Assembly: GCA_965153355.1 (NCBI GenBank)
Contig: OZ231126.1
Coordinates: 38,502,001-38,566,000, forward strand
DNA length: 64,000 nucleotides
DNA from: Flaccisagitta enflata
Lineage: Eukaryota
Reading direction: 5' to 3'
Below the pieces are notes generated by a model. It was given only the letters and a program-made list of their open reading frames with translations, was not told the origin of the DNA and searched no databases. The translations under genes were made by a program, and so were the position numbers. Below, one piece after another: positions 1-14,682 of this stretch. Within the stretch, counting starts at the first letter, position 1; every line of letters begins with the position of its first letter.

Positions 1-159
1 AGTCAGTCTTGGACTTTTTGACATATTCGAGAGAAACATGATTTTCATTTTCTTGTAAGAAAGTTGTAGATAATTCTCTTTCATTTGGCGCCAAGCAGAA
101 TGCTCTACAACAAATATTTTTTGCATTATGATTTTTTAAAGATTTATTTACGAAAAATT

Positions 160-600
160 CAAATTGAATTTATGTTTTTTCGAGCATGCAAATACAAAAA
201 AAAACATGTTTGTGAGCATAGCTGCTCATATGTGAGGATGTTTTTGAGCATTTTAGCTCATTTAGCTCATTTTGTTTAATTTCTTTTCTTATTTCAAATA
301 CGATAAATGAATAAATATTTTGATACATGTTTAAGCAGGCAGATACAAAAAAGCATGTCAGCGAGCATAACTGCTTTTCTGTGAGGGTGTTTTTGAGTAT
401 TCTTGCTCACTAAGCTCATTTAGCTCAGTCTTTTTTTTTTCCTGATTTTTAATAGGATAAATAAATAAGTATTTGATGTGAGCTTGCAAATACAAAAAAA
501 CATGTCTGTGAGCATAGCTGGTTATTTGGTTGAGTGATTTTGAGCATTTTAGCTCATCGAGCTCATTTGGCTCAGTCGTATCTTTCTCTGATTTTCAGTG
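160..600. repeat. Degenerate ~150-bp tandem repeat (3 copies)
   Basis: GCA(A/G)ATACAAAAAA..CATGT..GAGCATA(G/A)CTG...TAGCTCA recurs at ~188, ~339 and ~486. Confidence 0.7.
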
Positions 601-3404
601 CAATCAATACATACAATGGCTCTTGATTTGATCAAACAAATAAAAAGATTTGCAGTCACTGGAGACGAAAGCTTGGTGAAAAGTGACCAATGCTTACGAC
701 TTTTTTCCTCACGGCGACAGCCGCCATTACTGGTATGCTCTTTTCGACCTAATCATTACGAACAGACAGACAGACTGATAAACATTCATATGGATAGATA
801 GGTGGACGGATAGACAAACAAATGCATCGACAAACGGAAGGACGAACAGACGAAAGGACGGACAAGGCGATTCTGCAATGGGTAACATCTAATTGGGCTA
901 AAAAAAGTGCCCAAATTTTGTGATGGCCAAAATACCTGTAAAAATAGCTTCTTTTTTTAAGATCATATGAAATTTGTCAAAAATCAAATCGAGCATGTTA
1001 AAATGTTAACCTGTTAACAGGTTAAAACGCCAGGAGGGAATTCTTGGATTTGTTCTAACATGAAGGCTAGAGACCCAGAGATCCCATCACCCATCCCAGG
1101 CCATCCCTTTCTGCAGTTTTGGTTGTAATATTAACCCCGCCAACTTAACCTTTATGCCCTTTCTTCTAATTTTTTTTCATTACTGAAGCTATCATATACC
1201 AGGATTGAACCCATTCCTCTCCAGGTTCGATATTATGTAGTTGGTGGGTGAACCGAACCAACCAACCAACCAACCAACCAAAAAATGGTGTGTGGGCAAC
1301 TTAAACTGAACCGCAAACTCAAGATTGGGTTCGCTTTAAGCTTTTTCATATTGTCACTGTTGAAAAAAAGATATGAAGAAACACTTATACAGGACTGATA
1401 CAGGACATCAACATTCTGAGGCTGCTCCATTAGAAGTTGATCTCGCTGGGCAAGACGTTGGAACCACTTACCAGTTGGCAGTTACCATCTCCGATCCATG
1501 TACGACTGGTTTCCTTCCGGCTATTTCAATTTCTTTACCTTTTCTTTGCCTTTTTCCCACTTTTCCGACCTTTATAGCCGCGTGCTACGCGACTCTACAC
1601 CCCGCTTTGTTGGTCGGTCGGTCGGTCGGTCGGTCGGTCGGTTGGTCGGTCAGTCGGTCGGTACCCATTTTGGACAGCGGCCCCAAAGGGCTCGATGACC
1701 TATGCTTTTACACGGGGAAATTTGTTCCTTATTCTTCTTTGTCCCCCCCCCCCCCCCCAAACTCCAGGATCATATTTCAGCCTCGAGGCCCATATCCCAG
1801 AGTCGAGGCTAAAATCCCATCTTAAGGCCAAAATCCCATCTTCAAGACCCAAATCCCAGCCTCAAGGGATTTGGGCCTCAAGACTGGGATTTGGGTCTTG
1901 AGGCTGGGATATGGGCCTTGAGGCTGAGATATGGGTTTAGAGGTTGGGGGAGGGGGGGACGGAAGAGTAGGAGAAGAAGGAGAAAATTCCCCTGTGTGAA
2001 AGCAAAGGTCATCGATCTCTTCAGGGCCACTGCCCTGCTCCCTCCCTTAACTGCAATCATGACCTACCCAAGCAGGGCACGGGTACCGCTGACCACCCAA
2101 CGCTTTTGCGACTATTACTTTTTCGGCGTTTTTAAGCTTTTTGGGCTCACAGCTCCTTCCCAAATGCCATTATAAATCATTCTTAGTCATTTTAAGTCAT
2201 TCTAAGTCCATTTAAGTCATATTAAGTTATATTAAGTCACTAAAGCCAATCAGGTCAATTTAGTCATTTAATTCATTATAAGTCATTTCAGGTCACCTTG
2301 AGTCATTTTAAGTCAATCTAAGTCATCTTAAGTTATTTATGTCCCGCACGCGTCATACAGGTGTGGGCCTTGTTTCGCCTACGAGCTGGGCATGGATATA
2401 GTGCTCTAAGTCTAAATGAAATGACCATCGTGGCATAATTAACAACTTCTTGTCCATGTCATCTTCAGTCGCGCACCTTCGGTCCGGAGGCCCGTTATTC
2501 CGCACTCCGTCGGTCCGGCTTTGGTCCTAGATGTGACCCCGGCCCATATGCAGGCGACTGATGGGTTAACCAAGCTCTACAATATGCTTGTAAGCGGACA
2601 AGTAAGTCGGTCAAGTGGTCAGCAGATAAACCAACAGACGCATGGCCTTGAGCCCTCGATCAGTACAAGGTAAAGATATCTGTTCGCCACTCGTTTTTTT
2701 CTCACGAAAATATCTTTTTTTCTCATTAATTCCGGCAAATTGCATTCGAGAAATCGCATCAAGGTCGTTCACGGGATGTTAACCACAAATAATCAACGTG
2801 AAAAGTGAGAAAAAGTTGGTTAAAAACCACCTGCCGATTTCATTGTTTTTTCCGCAATTTGACTTCGGTTTTGGTTTCAGACTCGCGACTCCATATAAGT
2901 ATATGGCTTAGTCTGTCCGTCCATCTGTCCATCCGTTCGTGGGTACAAGGGTCCGCGGGTCTGTAAGGATCAAGTCTTCCACTCTTCATCCTCATCTCTT
3001 CTTCATCTTCTTCTTAAATGTATCATCGCATAGCATCGCTTCGCTCAAAAAAAAAAAAAAAACAGTTAAAACACACAAAATATATCTCATACTGAATCAT
3101 ACATAGCTGGCGGACCTTAAATCCGTTGGAATTAGCGGGACCCCTCTTGATTTAGTTGATTTCAACAGTTTCAACAGGATATTTACTATAGTTTATATAG
3201 CAAAAAATATAAATAACAATTTTACTCAAAATACGTCATCTTCGATTTTTTTCATTTTCTGGCCATTGAGGGCCCTAAGTGAGCCAACTTTGGTGAAACA
3301 ATAATCTCAGATACTCCCCGCCCCTAAGGGTCCCAAAATTGGGGCAAAAAAAATTTGATGTTAAATCCGTTGGTTTTAGCGGGGGCAGGGTCACTTTTTA
3401 AATC

Positions 3405-4890
3405 ACCATGCTAAAACCGTTGATTCTAACGGGTTTAACGGCAAATTCCCCTATTTTGGTCCTCCACATGCATATCCAGTATCTTGAGACCCTATTCAAT
3501 GACAAAAAAGAATAAGTGAGCACACATGAGCAAGCATGAGCCAGCATGAACAAGCATGCTAAAACTGCTGATTTTAACGGGTTTAACGGCAAATTCCCCA
3601 ATTTTGGTCCTCCACATGCATATCCAGTATCTTGAGACCCTATCTAATGACAAAAAAAAATAAGTGAGCACACATGAGCACACATGAGCAAGCATGAGCA
3701 AGCATGCTAAAACCACTGATTTTAACGGGTTTAATGGCGAATTCCCCTATTTTGGTCCTCCACATGCATATCCAGTATCTTGAGACACTATTCAATGACA
3801 AAAAAGAATAAGTGAGCACACATGAGCACACATGAGCAAGCATGAGCAAGCATGCTAAAACCGCTGATTTTAAAGGGTTTAACATCAAATTCCCCAATTT
3901 TGGTCCTCCACATGCATATCCAGTATCTTGAGACCCTATTTAATGACAAAAAAGAATAAGTGAGCACACATGAGCACACATGAGCAAGCATGAGCAAGCA
4001 TGAGCAAGCATGCTAAAACCGCTGATTTTAACGGGTTTAATGTCAAATTCCCCAATTTTGGTCCTCCACATGCATATCCAGTATCTTGAGACCCTATTCA
4101 ATGACAAAAAAGAATAAGTGAGCACACATGAGCACACATGAGCAAGCATGAGCAAACATGAGCAAGCATGCTAAAACCGCTGATTTTAACGGGTTTAATG
4201 GCAAATTCCCCTATTTTGGTCCTCCACATGCATATCCAGTATCTTGAGACCCTATTCAATGACAAAAAAGAATAAGTGAGCACACATGAGCAAGCCTGAG
4301 CCAGCATGAACAAGCATGCTAAAACCGCTGATTTTAACGTGTTTAACGGCAAATTCCCCAATTTTGATCCTCCACATGCATATCCAGTATCTTGAGACCC
4401 TGTGACAAGAAAGAATAAGTGAGCACACATGAGCACACATGAGCAAGCATGAGCAAGCATGCTAAAACCGCTGATTTTAACGGGTTTAACGGCAAATTCC
4501 CCTATTTTGGTCCTCCACATGCATATCCAGTATCTTGAGACCCTATTTAATGACTAAAAAGAATAAGTGAGCACACATAAGCACACATGAGCAAGCATGA
4601 GCAAGCATGAGCAAGCATGCTAAAACTGCTGATTTCAACGGGTTTAACGGCAAATTCCCCTACTTTGGTCCTCCACATGCATATCCAGTATCTTGAGACC
4701 CTATCTAATGACAAAAAAGAATAAGTGAGCACTCATGAGCAAGCATGAGCAAGCATGAGCAAGCATGCTAAAACTGCTGATTTTAACGGCAAAATCCCCT
4801 ATTTTGGTCCCTCACATGCATATCTAGCATCTTGAGACCCTATATGATAACAAAAAAGAGTAAGTGAGCACACATTAGCAAGCATGAGTA
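3405..4890. repeat. ~130-bp tandem minisatellite, about 11 copies (left arm of the foldback element)
   Basis: Recurrent GGTCCTCCACATGCATATCCAGTATCTTGAGACCCTA every 129-139 bp. Confidence 0.95.
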
Positions 4891-5077
4891 AGGCCTTGCG
4901 GGTTTGGCCGTGAGAAGGCCGAGGCTCGGTTTTGAGGCCAAACCCGAAATTCGGTTTTGCTTACAAAACCGAGCATATTTTCTAGGAGTTTTTTGCTTCT
5001 ATATCATTCTTTCATTCTTCCATTCATCAAACTATTTTTTGTTTTTTTTTCTCATCTTTATATTATATGTCTATGTG

Positions 5078-5292
<215 letters not shown>

Positions 5293-5433
5293 ATTTTTTT
5301 TTATTTCTTATTATGTTGTTCAAACTTATTTTTTTTTCCTTCTTGCTCACATTTTTTGCTGTCTCACTATGTCTGTGTCTGTTTGTGTTTGTTCTTTTTC
5401 TATTTTGTTTCTCTCATTTTTTTTCTCCCTTTT

Positions 5434-6046
5434 TGGGCAGCGGCCCCAAAGGGCCGATGTCCTGTAGGACACAGGGGTGAATTTCCAGACGTCCGTCCGT
5501 ACGTACGTCCGTCCCCCCCCCGAGGCCACTCTAAGGCCCCAAATCAGTCCTCTCAGGCCTAAAATCAGCCCTCTCAGGCCCAAAACTCAGCCCTCTCTGG
5601 CCCAAAATCAGTCCTCTCAGGTCCAAAATTAGCTCTCTTAAGCCCAAAATCAGCCCACTAAGACCCTAGATCAGCCTTGTCAGGCCCAAAATCAACCAAT
5701 TCAGGCCTAAAATCAGCCCTCTCAAACCTAAAATCTGACCACTTGGGTCTCAATTCAGCCCTCAAAATATCTTTCTCAGGTCTCTAATCTGCCTTCATCC
5801 CTGATCTCATTTGAGCCCTTGGACCCCCAAGTCCCCCTACATGCCCCTACATGCCTCATTACTGTGCTCCAATCAATCAAATCAGCCCTTATATGTGCCT
5901 TCTCAGGACGTCTGGAAATTCACCCCTGTGTCCTACAGGACATCGGCCCTTTGGGGCCGCTGCCCTGCTCTCACTCAACTTCCTCAGCTGATCACTCCAA
6001 GCAGGGCATCGGGTACCGCTGACCATGTGCGATCCTTGGATGACTA
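5434..6046 (+). mobile_element. Helentron-associated (HINE/DINE-1-like) element, family A
   Basis: Inserted in a T-run. Contains GGGCAGCGGCCCCAAAGGGCCGATGTCCTGTAGGACAC and its inverted copy at 5925-5965, a (GTCC)n microsatellite, central 21-bp tandem repeats and a 3' GCCCTGCT..AGCAGGGC stem. Confidence 0.75.
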
Positions 6047-6399
6047 GTTTTCTCTCATTTCTTTTTCTATCTATCTTTTTCTTACTTTATTTATAAAACC
6101 GATATAAACCCGATATAAACCCGACATAAACCCGAGGAAAGGTTTTGGGGTATTCCGAACCCGAACCAAAACCGAGAAAAAAAACGCCATACGCAAGGCC
6201 TTAAGCATGAGCAAGCATGAGTATGCATGCTAAAACCGCTGAAGTTAACGGGCTTAACGCCAAAATCCCCTATTTTGCTCCTCCACATGCTTATTTGACA
6301 TCCTGAGAACCTCTATGGTTACAAAAAAGAGCAAGTTAGCACACATGAGCAGGCATGAGCAAGCATGAGCACACAACTTTGGCTCGTGTATACGGCCTT

Positions 6400-7605
6400 G
6401 TTTTCTTGCTCATGAGTGCTCACTTGTTCTTTATTGTAACCATAGAGGGTCTCATGATATCAAAACAGCATGTGGAGGACCAAAATTGGGGATTTTAATG
6501 TTAAACCTGTAAGAATTAGCGGATTTAGCATTCTTGCTCATGCTTGCTCATGTGTGCTCACTGCTCACTCATCACTCATCACTTTTTTGTCATCAAAGAG
6601 GGTTTCATGATGTTTAATAAGCATGTAGAGGTCCAAAATAGGGGATTTCTATGTTAAACCCGATAAAATCAGCAGATTTAGCATTGCTTATGTGTGCTCA
6701 CTTGTTTTTTTTTTGTTACCATAGAGGTTTTCATGATGTCAAATGAGCATGTGGAGGACAGAAATAGGGAATTTTGCCGTTAAACCCATTAAAATCAGCG
6801 GTTTTAGCATGCTCGCTCATGCTTGCTCATGCTTGCTCATATGTGCTCAGGTGTGCTTACTTATTCTTTCTGTCATTAAATAGGGTCTCAAGATACTGGA
6901 TATGCATGTGGAGAACCAAAATAGGGGAATTTGACGTTAAGCAGGGGAATTTGCCATTGAACCAGTTAAAATCAGCGGTTTTAGCATGCTTGCTCATGTT
7001 TGCTCATGCTTGCTCATGTGTGCTCATGTGTGCTCACTTATTCTTTTTTGTCATTTAATAGGGTCTCAAGATACTGGATATGCATGTGGAGGACCAAAAT
7101 TGGGGAATTTGATGTTAAACCCGTTAAAATCAGCGGTTTTAGCATGCTTGCTCATGCTTGCTCATGCTTGCTCATGTGTGCTCATGTGTGCTCACTTATT
7201 CTTTTTTGTCATCAAATAGGGTCTCAAGATACTGGATATGCATGTGGAGGACCAAAATAGGGGAATTTGCCATTAAACCCGTTAAAATCAGCGGTTTTAG
7301 CATGCTTGCTCATGCTTGCTCATGTGTGCTCATGTGTGCTCACTTATTTTTTTTTTTTTTTGTCATTAGATAGGGTCTCAAGATACTGGATATGCATGTG
7401 GAGGACCAAAATTGGGGAATTTGCCGTTAAACCCGTTAAAATCAGCAGTTTTAGCATGCTTGTTCATGCTGGCTCATGCTTGCTTATATGTGCTCACTTA
7501 TTCTTTTTTGTCATTGAATAGGGTCTCAAGATACTGGATATGCATGTAGAGGACCAAAATAGGGGAATTTGCCGTTAAACCCGTTAGAATCAGCGGTTTT
7601 AGCAT
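6400..7605. repeat. Inverted copy of the ~130-bp minisatellite (right arm)
   Basis: TAGGGTCTCAAGATACTGGATATGCATGTGGAGGACC repeats, the reverse complement of the left arm. Confidence 0.95.
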
Positions 7606-9903
7606 GGTGATTTAAAAAAGTGACCCTGCCCCCGCTAAAACCAACGGATTTAACATCAAATTTTTTTTGCCCCAATTTTGGGCCCCTTAGGGGCAGGGAG
7701 TATCTGAGATTATTGTTTCACCAAAGTTGGCTCACTTAGGGCCCTTAATGGCCAGGAAATGAAAAAAATCGAAGACGACGTATTTTGAGTAAAATTGTTA
7801 TTTATATTTTTTGCTATATAAACTATAGTAAATATCCTGTTGGAACTGTTGAAATCAACTAAATCAAGAGGGGTCCCGCTAATTCCAACGGATTCAAGGT
7901 CCGCCAGCTGTCATAGAATTCTTAGACTCCTGACAATGTTTTGGCGGTGTAGCTTCGTAGCTTAACTCACCTGCGAACCTCAGGCAGGATCCCAGTGATT
8001 GAGGCATCAAGTTGCTCGCTAAGGGTTTGTCCCATGTTGGGTATGTTGGTGGATAACGCCAAATTCATGTTGTCCCCCCCCCTCTCAGCGGACGCCAATA
8101 TAGGCTTTGAATCAGCACTCCCAGGCCTCAAGCCTCAAATTGGCCTTTTCCAGCCTCAAATCAGCCCTCCCAGCTCTGAAATCAGCCCTTTCAGACCTTA
8201 AATCAACCTTCTCTGGCCGCAAATTAGCCCTCCTTAACCTAAAATCTGCCCTCGTAGGCCTGAATCAACCCTGGAGGGACTCAACTCAGCCGTCTCAGGC
8301 CTCAAATTAGCCCTTTCAAGCTTAAAATTTGCCTTCTCAGGCCTCAAATCAAGCCCCCTTAGGTCCAAAATTCTCTTAGCTTCAAAATTAGCCTTTACTA
8401 AACCCTCTTGAGCTTAAAATGAACTCCCTCAGGCCTTGACCTGTTTGCTCAGGCTTTGATCACCCTCTCAGGCCTAGAATTAGCCCTCAAGCCTTAAATT
8501 GACTCAATTGGGCCTTGAATTTGCCTCACTTTAAAAAGAAGTGGGGCAAAAGTTGCTACAAATAAAAGTTGGAATCATAGGTCATCGACCCCACTGGGGC
8601 CCTGCCCTATTACCTTAACATCACAATGCTGCATAACATCAATGGGGCAATGGGAACCCCTGTCCATATGACGCTTGTTCTTCTTCTCCCTTTCAATTTC
8701 ATTTTCTCCTTGTTCCTTTTCTTTTTGGTCTAAGACGTGGTCTTCTATGAATTCATCTCTTCATTTTCATCTGTTATGAACGTGGAGATCGGCAAAGGAG
8801 GCGTAAGTCCATCGAAAAATATCTGAAGAAGTGACATTCAAAGTGACAAATTTGATCAGACAGATGGACCACATTCGAATTTCAATCATCCTTTTGTTGG
8901 ACAGCCAAACATATTCTTCAGCCACCAATCCTGGGTGGTGGATGGTTTCAAGATCTCGGGAGTAATCGAAATGGGGAAGATCCCCGAAAAATGCTGGATC
9001 ACCCTTGGGGAACAAAGGAGAACAAGGAGAACAAATGCAGGATCACCCTCAGGGAAACAAAAAGAACATAAAGAAGGCATCGAAGAAAGGATAAGACAGA
9101 TTGATGAAAAAACCAGTCGCCCAAGGGCAATATGTGGTCATTGGTCAGCGGTGCCCTATGTCCCGCTATGCATGCTTGTATTCGTATCCTTGTAACTACG
9201 TAGTCAGTGAGGGCTCACAAGGCCCTCTTCCATATTTTTCAGTTAAAGTATAATGAGGGATATTGTTCCACATATCATGGACCTACCTCAGTCCTCAGAT
9301 AGTTGATAAGGCTCTGAAAAGGGCTGATTGATGGCCTAATGGTGTCAAAGCTTCTAGGTTGACATCAGCCTCATAAAATGTATAAAGCTGAAATGAGGCA
9401 TGATTTGGGTTGATTTAGCGCCATAGATAGCTGATTGTACGCTTGAGTAGGCTGACAAGGCCCAAGAGGATCTGTCCCCCCTTCTTCAGAGGTTTCTTAA
9501 GCTTCAAATAAGCGCTCTGTCTCAAACCAGAATTAACAAAAGTGTCCCTGTGTACTACAGGACTTTGTCGGATTCAAGGCCGCTGCCCAAAAACGAAAGA
9601 CAATGGCAAAGTAAGACTCCGACTACGTAAAAAGTTTTTTTTTCTTTTTTCCTTTCTCTCCTAGTTTTTTTCATCATCATGTTATTCCAACTTGTTTTGT
9701 CAGACAGTGTGAATTAAAGAGGCTTCGGCTTGAGATGCGAAATAGGAGAACCGGGTGGCAGAAGGGCCGGCAAAAAAAGAAAAAAAAAACACAAGAGTAA
9801 GGGGCAAAGGCTCACTGGCAAGGGGCGGCAACCAGCGATTGCCACCAATCACAATCATCATATAAGAGAAAAAAGAAAGGAAATGAGACAAGATCCAACT
9901 GGT

Positions 9904-9975
<72 letters not shown>

Positions 9976-10064
9976 AACATCAACAACAACAACAACAACC
10001 TCTGCCTACACCAGACCATATATATTGATCCCTTTAATTTCGTTATTGCACGGCTCAACTTTAC

Positions 10065-10118
<54 letters not shown>

Positions 10119-10125
10119 TGTGTGT

Positions 10126-10188
<63 letters not shown>

Positions 10189-10588
10189 ATAAAAAACAGA
10201 AACACAAAAACACGCAGTACTTTTTTCAATATCTCCCCCCACTTTCTTCGAAATGAGGTCCGTATGTCAGATTCGATTCTCAGATTACAATCGAAAACTT
10301 AAACTTGGAAAAAGTGTTTTTAGTCCAAGGGAGATGAAAGTACCGCGACCGAGACCAGGCCGTGAGTCCGCGCCGTAAGAGGCCGCTTTTAGTCGCTTCT
10401 CGCCACAAGAATTCCTGAAAAAAGTAGCTATCCTGAATGCACATACACTGAAGTTAGTGACAAAGAATTTACATCATCTCGGAAAGTGAGGTGGAGCATT
10501 TGGGTGCTTCACATAGCAAAAGTTTGGAGTATACCCAGGGGCAGTAAGAGGGGGGTTCACCCCCTTTGAGGGGCCTGGGGGGCCCTTG

Positions 10589-10759
<171 letters not shown>

Positions 10760-10998
10760 ATAAAAAACAGAAACACAAAAACACACAGTACTTTTTTCAA
10801 TATCTCCCCCCACTTTCTTCGAAATGAGGTCCGTATGTCAGATTCGATTCTCAGATTACAATCGAAAACTTAAACTTGGAAAAAGTGTTTTTAGTCCAAG
10901 GGAGATGAAAGTACCGCGACCGAGACCAGGCCGTGAGTCCGCGCCGTAAGAGGCCGCTTTTAGTCGCTTCTCGCCACAAGCTATCCTGAATGCACATA

Positions 10999-12771
10999 CA
11001 GCCGGAGACCCTAGAAAAGCTGATTTTTCAGCTTTTTCTTATTTTTCGATTTTTCCTTAATTTCTCATGGGTAAATGCGCTCATCGAGTGGGCTAATTTT
11101 TTTTTCATGGTGAATCTATGGTCTGTAGCTACATTGTGTGAAAAAATTGTGGTTTAAAATTCGATTTTTATATTTTTCTCAAAAAATGAAAAAAATCGTG
11201 ATCAAATGGCACCTTTTAAATTTTCTCATTTTTGGCTCACAGATAGATTTTGAGACGAGGAATTCATCTAGAATGTCAAATCCCTTAGCACTCATCAATA
11301 AATAGGCCAAAACGAGCTTTTTAATATTTAAAAGCTCAGAAATCAGCTTTTTGAGCCCAAAGCTTATCTCCAAGTTGCTAGAGCTCAAAAAGCTCAATTC
11401 TGAGCTTTTAAAAAGCTCAGAATTGAGCTTTTTGAGACTCGAGTCTTCCTTATCTCCCCCGAATGAAAAACTGGACAGAAAAACCTCCCAAATGAAATAT
11501 AAGCCCTAAAATACTCTGATTTAAACCTTCAACTGTCCCATCTTAGGTAGGTATACTGAAATTAGCTACAGTAGATCTCGTCTAGACTTGAGATAACGGG
11601 GGCAAGCATTATGGGAGAACAAATGAAGGTAGAGGGTTGATATTTGGAATATAAACTGATAAAAGAATGATTTATTCCCCATGATACTCGGTTGCCATGG
11701 TAACACATTTTCATGTATTCCCGCTAAAGTATCAATATTTTGAGAGATTTTTTTAGGGAACATTGCTTAGAATTAAATTTGCTACAACTTTCCCACAATA
11801 TGTTCTGTAAGAATATTGCTCGTTTGGCTGTTGCTAGGGAGCGTATCCATGTGTGACAACCCATAGCAACCGCTAAACGAGCGACATTCTTACCGAACAT
11901 ACTGTGGGAAAGTTGAAGCAAATTTGATTTTAAGCAATGTTCCCTAAAAAAATCTCTCAAAATATTGATATTTCAGCAAGAATACATGAAAATGTGTTTC
12001 CATAGCAACCGAGTATCATGGGGAATAAATCACAGTAATGGTTGCTACCAGTACGAAAACTACACCCCAACGCCACACATGTACACAAACATGCGCCAAA
12101 AATACTCAAAAAGTTCACTTTTCCACTTTTTGACTACAATAGTACAATGGATGGATGGACCAACAGACAAAGCCTCTTATAGAGTTGCATGTCTGACGGA
12201 TGGATGGGCAGACAAAGCGGGGTGTAGAGTCACGTAGCACGCAACTAAAAATCATCATAAACGATCATGGGCGCGCTAGTTTGAGCTCCCCAAGTAAATT
12301 ATTTAACCATAGGAGATAAGGAAGACTGGAGTCTCAAAAAGCTCAATTCTGAGCTTTTTAAAAGCTCAGAATTGAGCTTTTTGAGCTCAAGCAACTCGGA
12401 GATAAGCTTTGGGCTCAAAAAGCTGATTTCTGAGCTTTTAAATATTAAAAAGCTCGTTTTGGCCTATTTATTGATGAGTGCTAAGGGATTTGACATTCTA
12501 GATGAATTCCTCATCTCAAAACCTATCTGTAAGCCAAAAATGAGAAAATTTAAAAGGTGCCATTTGAACGCAATTTTTTTCATTTTTTGAGAAAAAATAT
12601 AAAAATCGAATTTTAAACCACAGTTTTTTCACACAATGTAGCTACAGACCATAGATCCACCATGAAAAAAAAATTAGCCCACTTGATGAGCGCATTTACC
12701 CATGAGAAATTAAGGAAAAATCGAAAAAAAAAAAAAAGCTGAAAAATCAGCTTTTCTAGGGTCTCCGGCTG
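10999..12771. mobile_element. Non-autonomous DNA transposon with ~460-bp TIRs and 5-bp TSD (ACATA)
   Basis: ACATA|CAGCCGGAGACCCTAG ... CTAGGGTCTCCGGCTG|ACATA. The empty site is visible in the sister repeat units. Confidence 0.92.
11669..12031. mobile_element. Palindromic MITE-like segment inside the 10999-12771 element
   Basis: GATTTATTCCCCATGATACTCGGTTGC ... GCAACCGAGTATCATGGGGAATAAATC, near-complete hairpin. Confidence 0.75.
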
Positions 12772-12919
12772 ACATACACTGAAGTTAGTGACAAAGAATT
12801 TACATCATCTCGGTAAGTGAGGTGGAGCATTTGGGTGCTTCACATAGCAAAAGTTTGGAGTATACCCAGGGGCAGTAAGAGGGGGGTTCACCCCCTTTGA
12901 GGGGCCTGGGGGGGCCCTG

Positions 12920-13064
<145 letters not shown>

Positions 13065-13499
13065 ATAAAAAACAGAAACACAAAAACACACAGTACTTTT
13101 TTCAATATCTCCCCCCACTTTCTTCGAAATGAGGTCCGTATGTCAGATTCGATTCTCAGATTACAATCGAAAACTTAAACTTGGAAAAAGTGTTTTTAGT
13201 CCAAGGGAGATGAAAGTACCGCGACCGAGACCAGGCCGTGAGTCCGCGCCGTAAGAGGCCACTTTTAGTCGCTTCTCGCCACAAGAATTCCTGAAAAAAG
13301 TAGCTATCCTGAATGCACATACACTGAAGTTAGTGACAAAGAATTTACATCATCTCGGTAAGTGAGGTGGAGCATTTGGGTGCTTCACATGGCAAAAGTT
13401 TGGAGTATACCCAGGGGCAGTAAGAGGGGGGTTCACCCCCCTTTGAGAAGGGGGCCCTAGCCCTAGAGGGGCCTGGGGGGCCCTTGATGTAAGGGAAAC

Positions 13500-14008
13500 T
13501 AGTCATCTAAGGATCGCACATGGTCAGCGGTACCCCATGCCCTGCTTGGAATGATCAAGTGAAGTAGTGGAGTGAGAGCAGGGCAGCGGCCCCAAAGGGC
13601 CGATGTCCTGTACAACAGGGAGGAATTTCAAAACATCCTGAGGCGGATTTGAAGTCGGAATGGCAGAAGTTAGTCCATAAGAACAGATTTGAGGTTTGGA
13701 GGGCAGGCTTAAGGCCTAGAGGACAAATTTGAGGCCTGAAGAGTTGATTTGAGGCCTGGAGGGTGGATTTGAGGTCTGGAGGGCTGATTTGAGGTCTTGA
13801 GGGCAGATATGAGGTCATGAAGGCTGATTTGAGCTAAATTGAGGTCTGAAAGAACTAATTTGAGGGCTCAGAGGGCCAAAATCAGGCCTGAAAATGCAGA
13901 CCTGAAGCTCCGATGGCCAAGGGGGGGACGGAAGGACGGACAGACGTCTTTAAATTCCCCCCCCCCCCGTCTCCTACAGGACATCGGCCCTTTTGGGCCG
14001 CTCCCCAA
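13500..14008 (-). mobile_element. HINE/DINE-1-like family A copy
   Basis: Reverse complement of the 5434-6046 architecture with 21-bp central repeats. Confidence 0.75.
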
Positions 14009-14371
14009 AAAGGAAGAGAAGAAAAAAAAAGAAAAAAAAAAAGAAAAGAAAGAAACCAACCCCCTTCTATACCATAACCCCCCCCCACACACTCAAACAT
14101 GCACAAAAAATATTCAAAAACACTTCATTTCCAACTTTTCGACTCATACTGACAGACCAACAGACGGACGGACGGATGGATGGATGGATAGACAGACAGA
14201 CAGATGGATGGATAGACAGACGGATAAACCAACAGACAAACAAAGCCTCTTATAGAGTTGCATGTCCACAACTAAAGACAGAAAAAAAATTCAATAAAAC
14301 ATCTATGCCAGGTTCCTGAAGGTAGAAGTTTGAGCACGGGAGTAATTTTCAAAGAAATGAGGCAGGATACA

Positions 14372-14682
14372 CAGTCAGTGGACAAAACACTATAGGTATA
14401 TATATCATACCGTTGGCTTTGATTCAAAATACTGCCCATAAACAAAATACTGTATACAACAACCAGTTGCTCAAATCACAGCCGGCTGTAACAAACAAAA
14501 AGTTGTACGCAACAACTGGTTGTAAGAATTACAGCCGGCTGTAATGCTCCAATTTTGTTATATTACAGCCGGCTGTAATTTCAACAGCTAGTTGTTGCAT
14601 ACAACATTTTGTGTATTATCAGTATGTTGTTTCAAAGTCAACCGTATAATATATATACCTATGGTGTTATGTCCACTGACTG
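14372..14682. mobile_element. MITE with 4-bp TSD (TACA)
   Basis: TACA|CAGTCAGTGGACA...TGTCCACTGACTG|TACA with a palindromic body; it interrupts a dispersed-repeat terminus. Confidence 0.85.

Noticed and set aside
1400-1508. Exon-like stretch (LEVDLAGQDVGTTYQLAVTISDP), faintly cadherin-like
   Set aside because: Too short, weak splice signals and no partner exons found.
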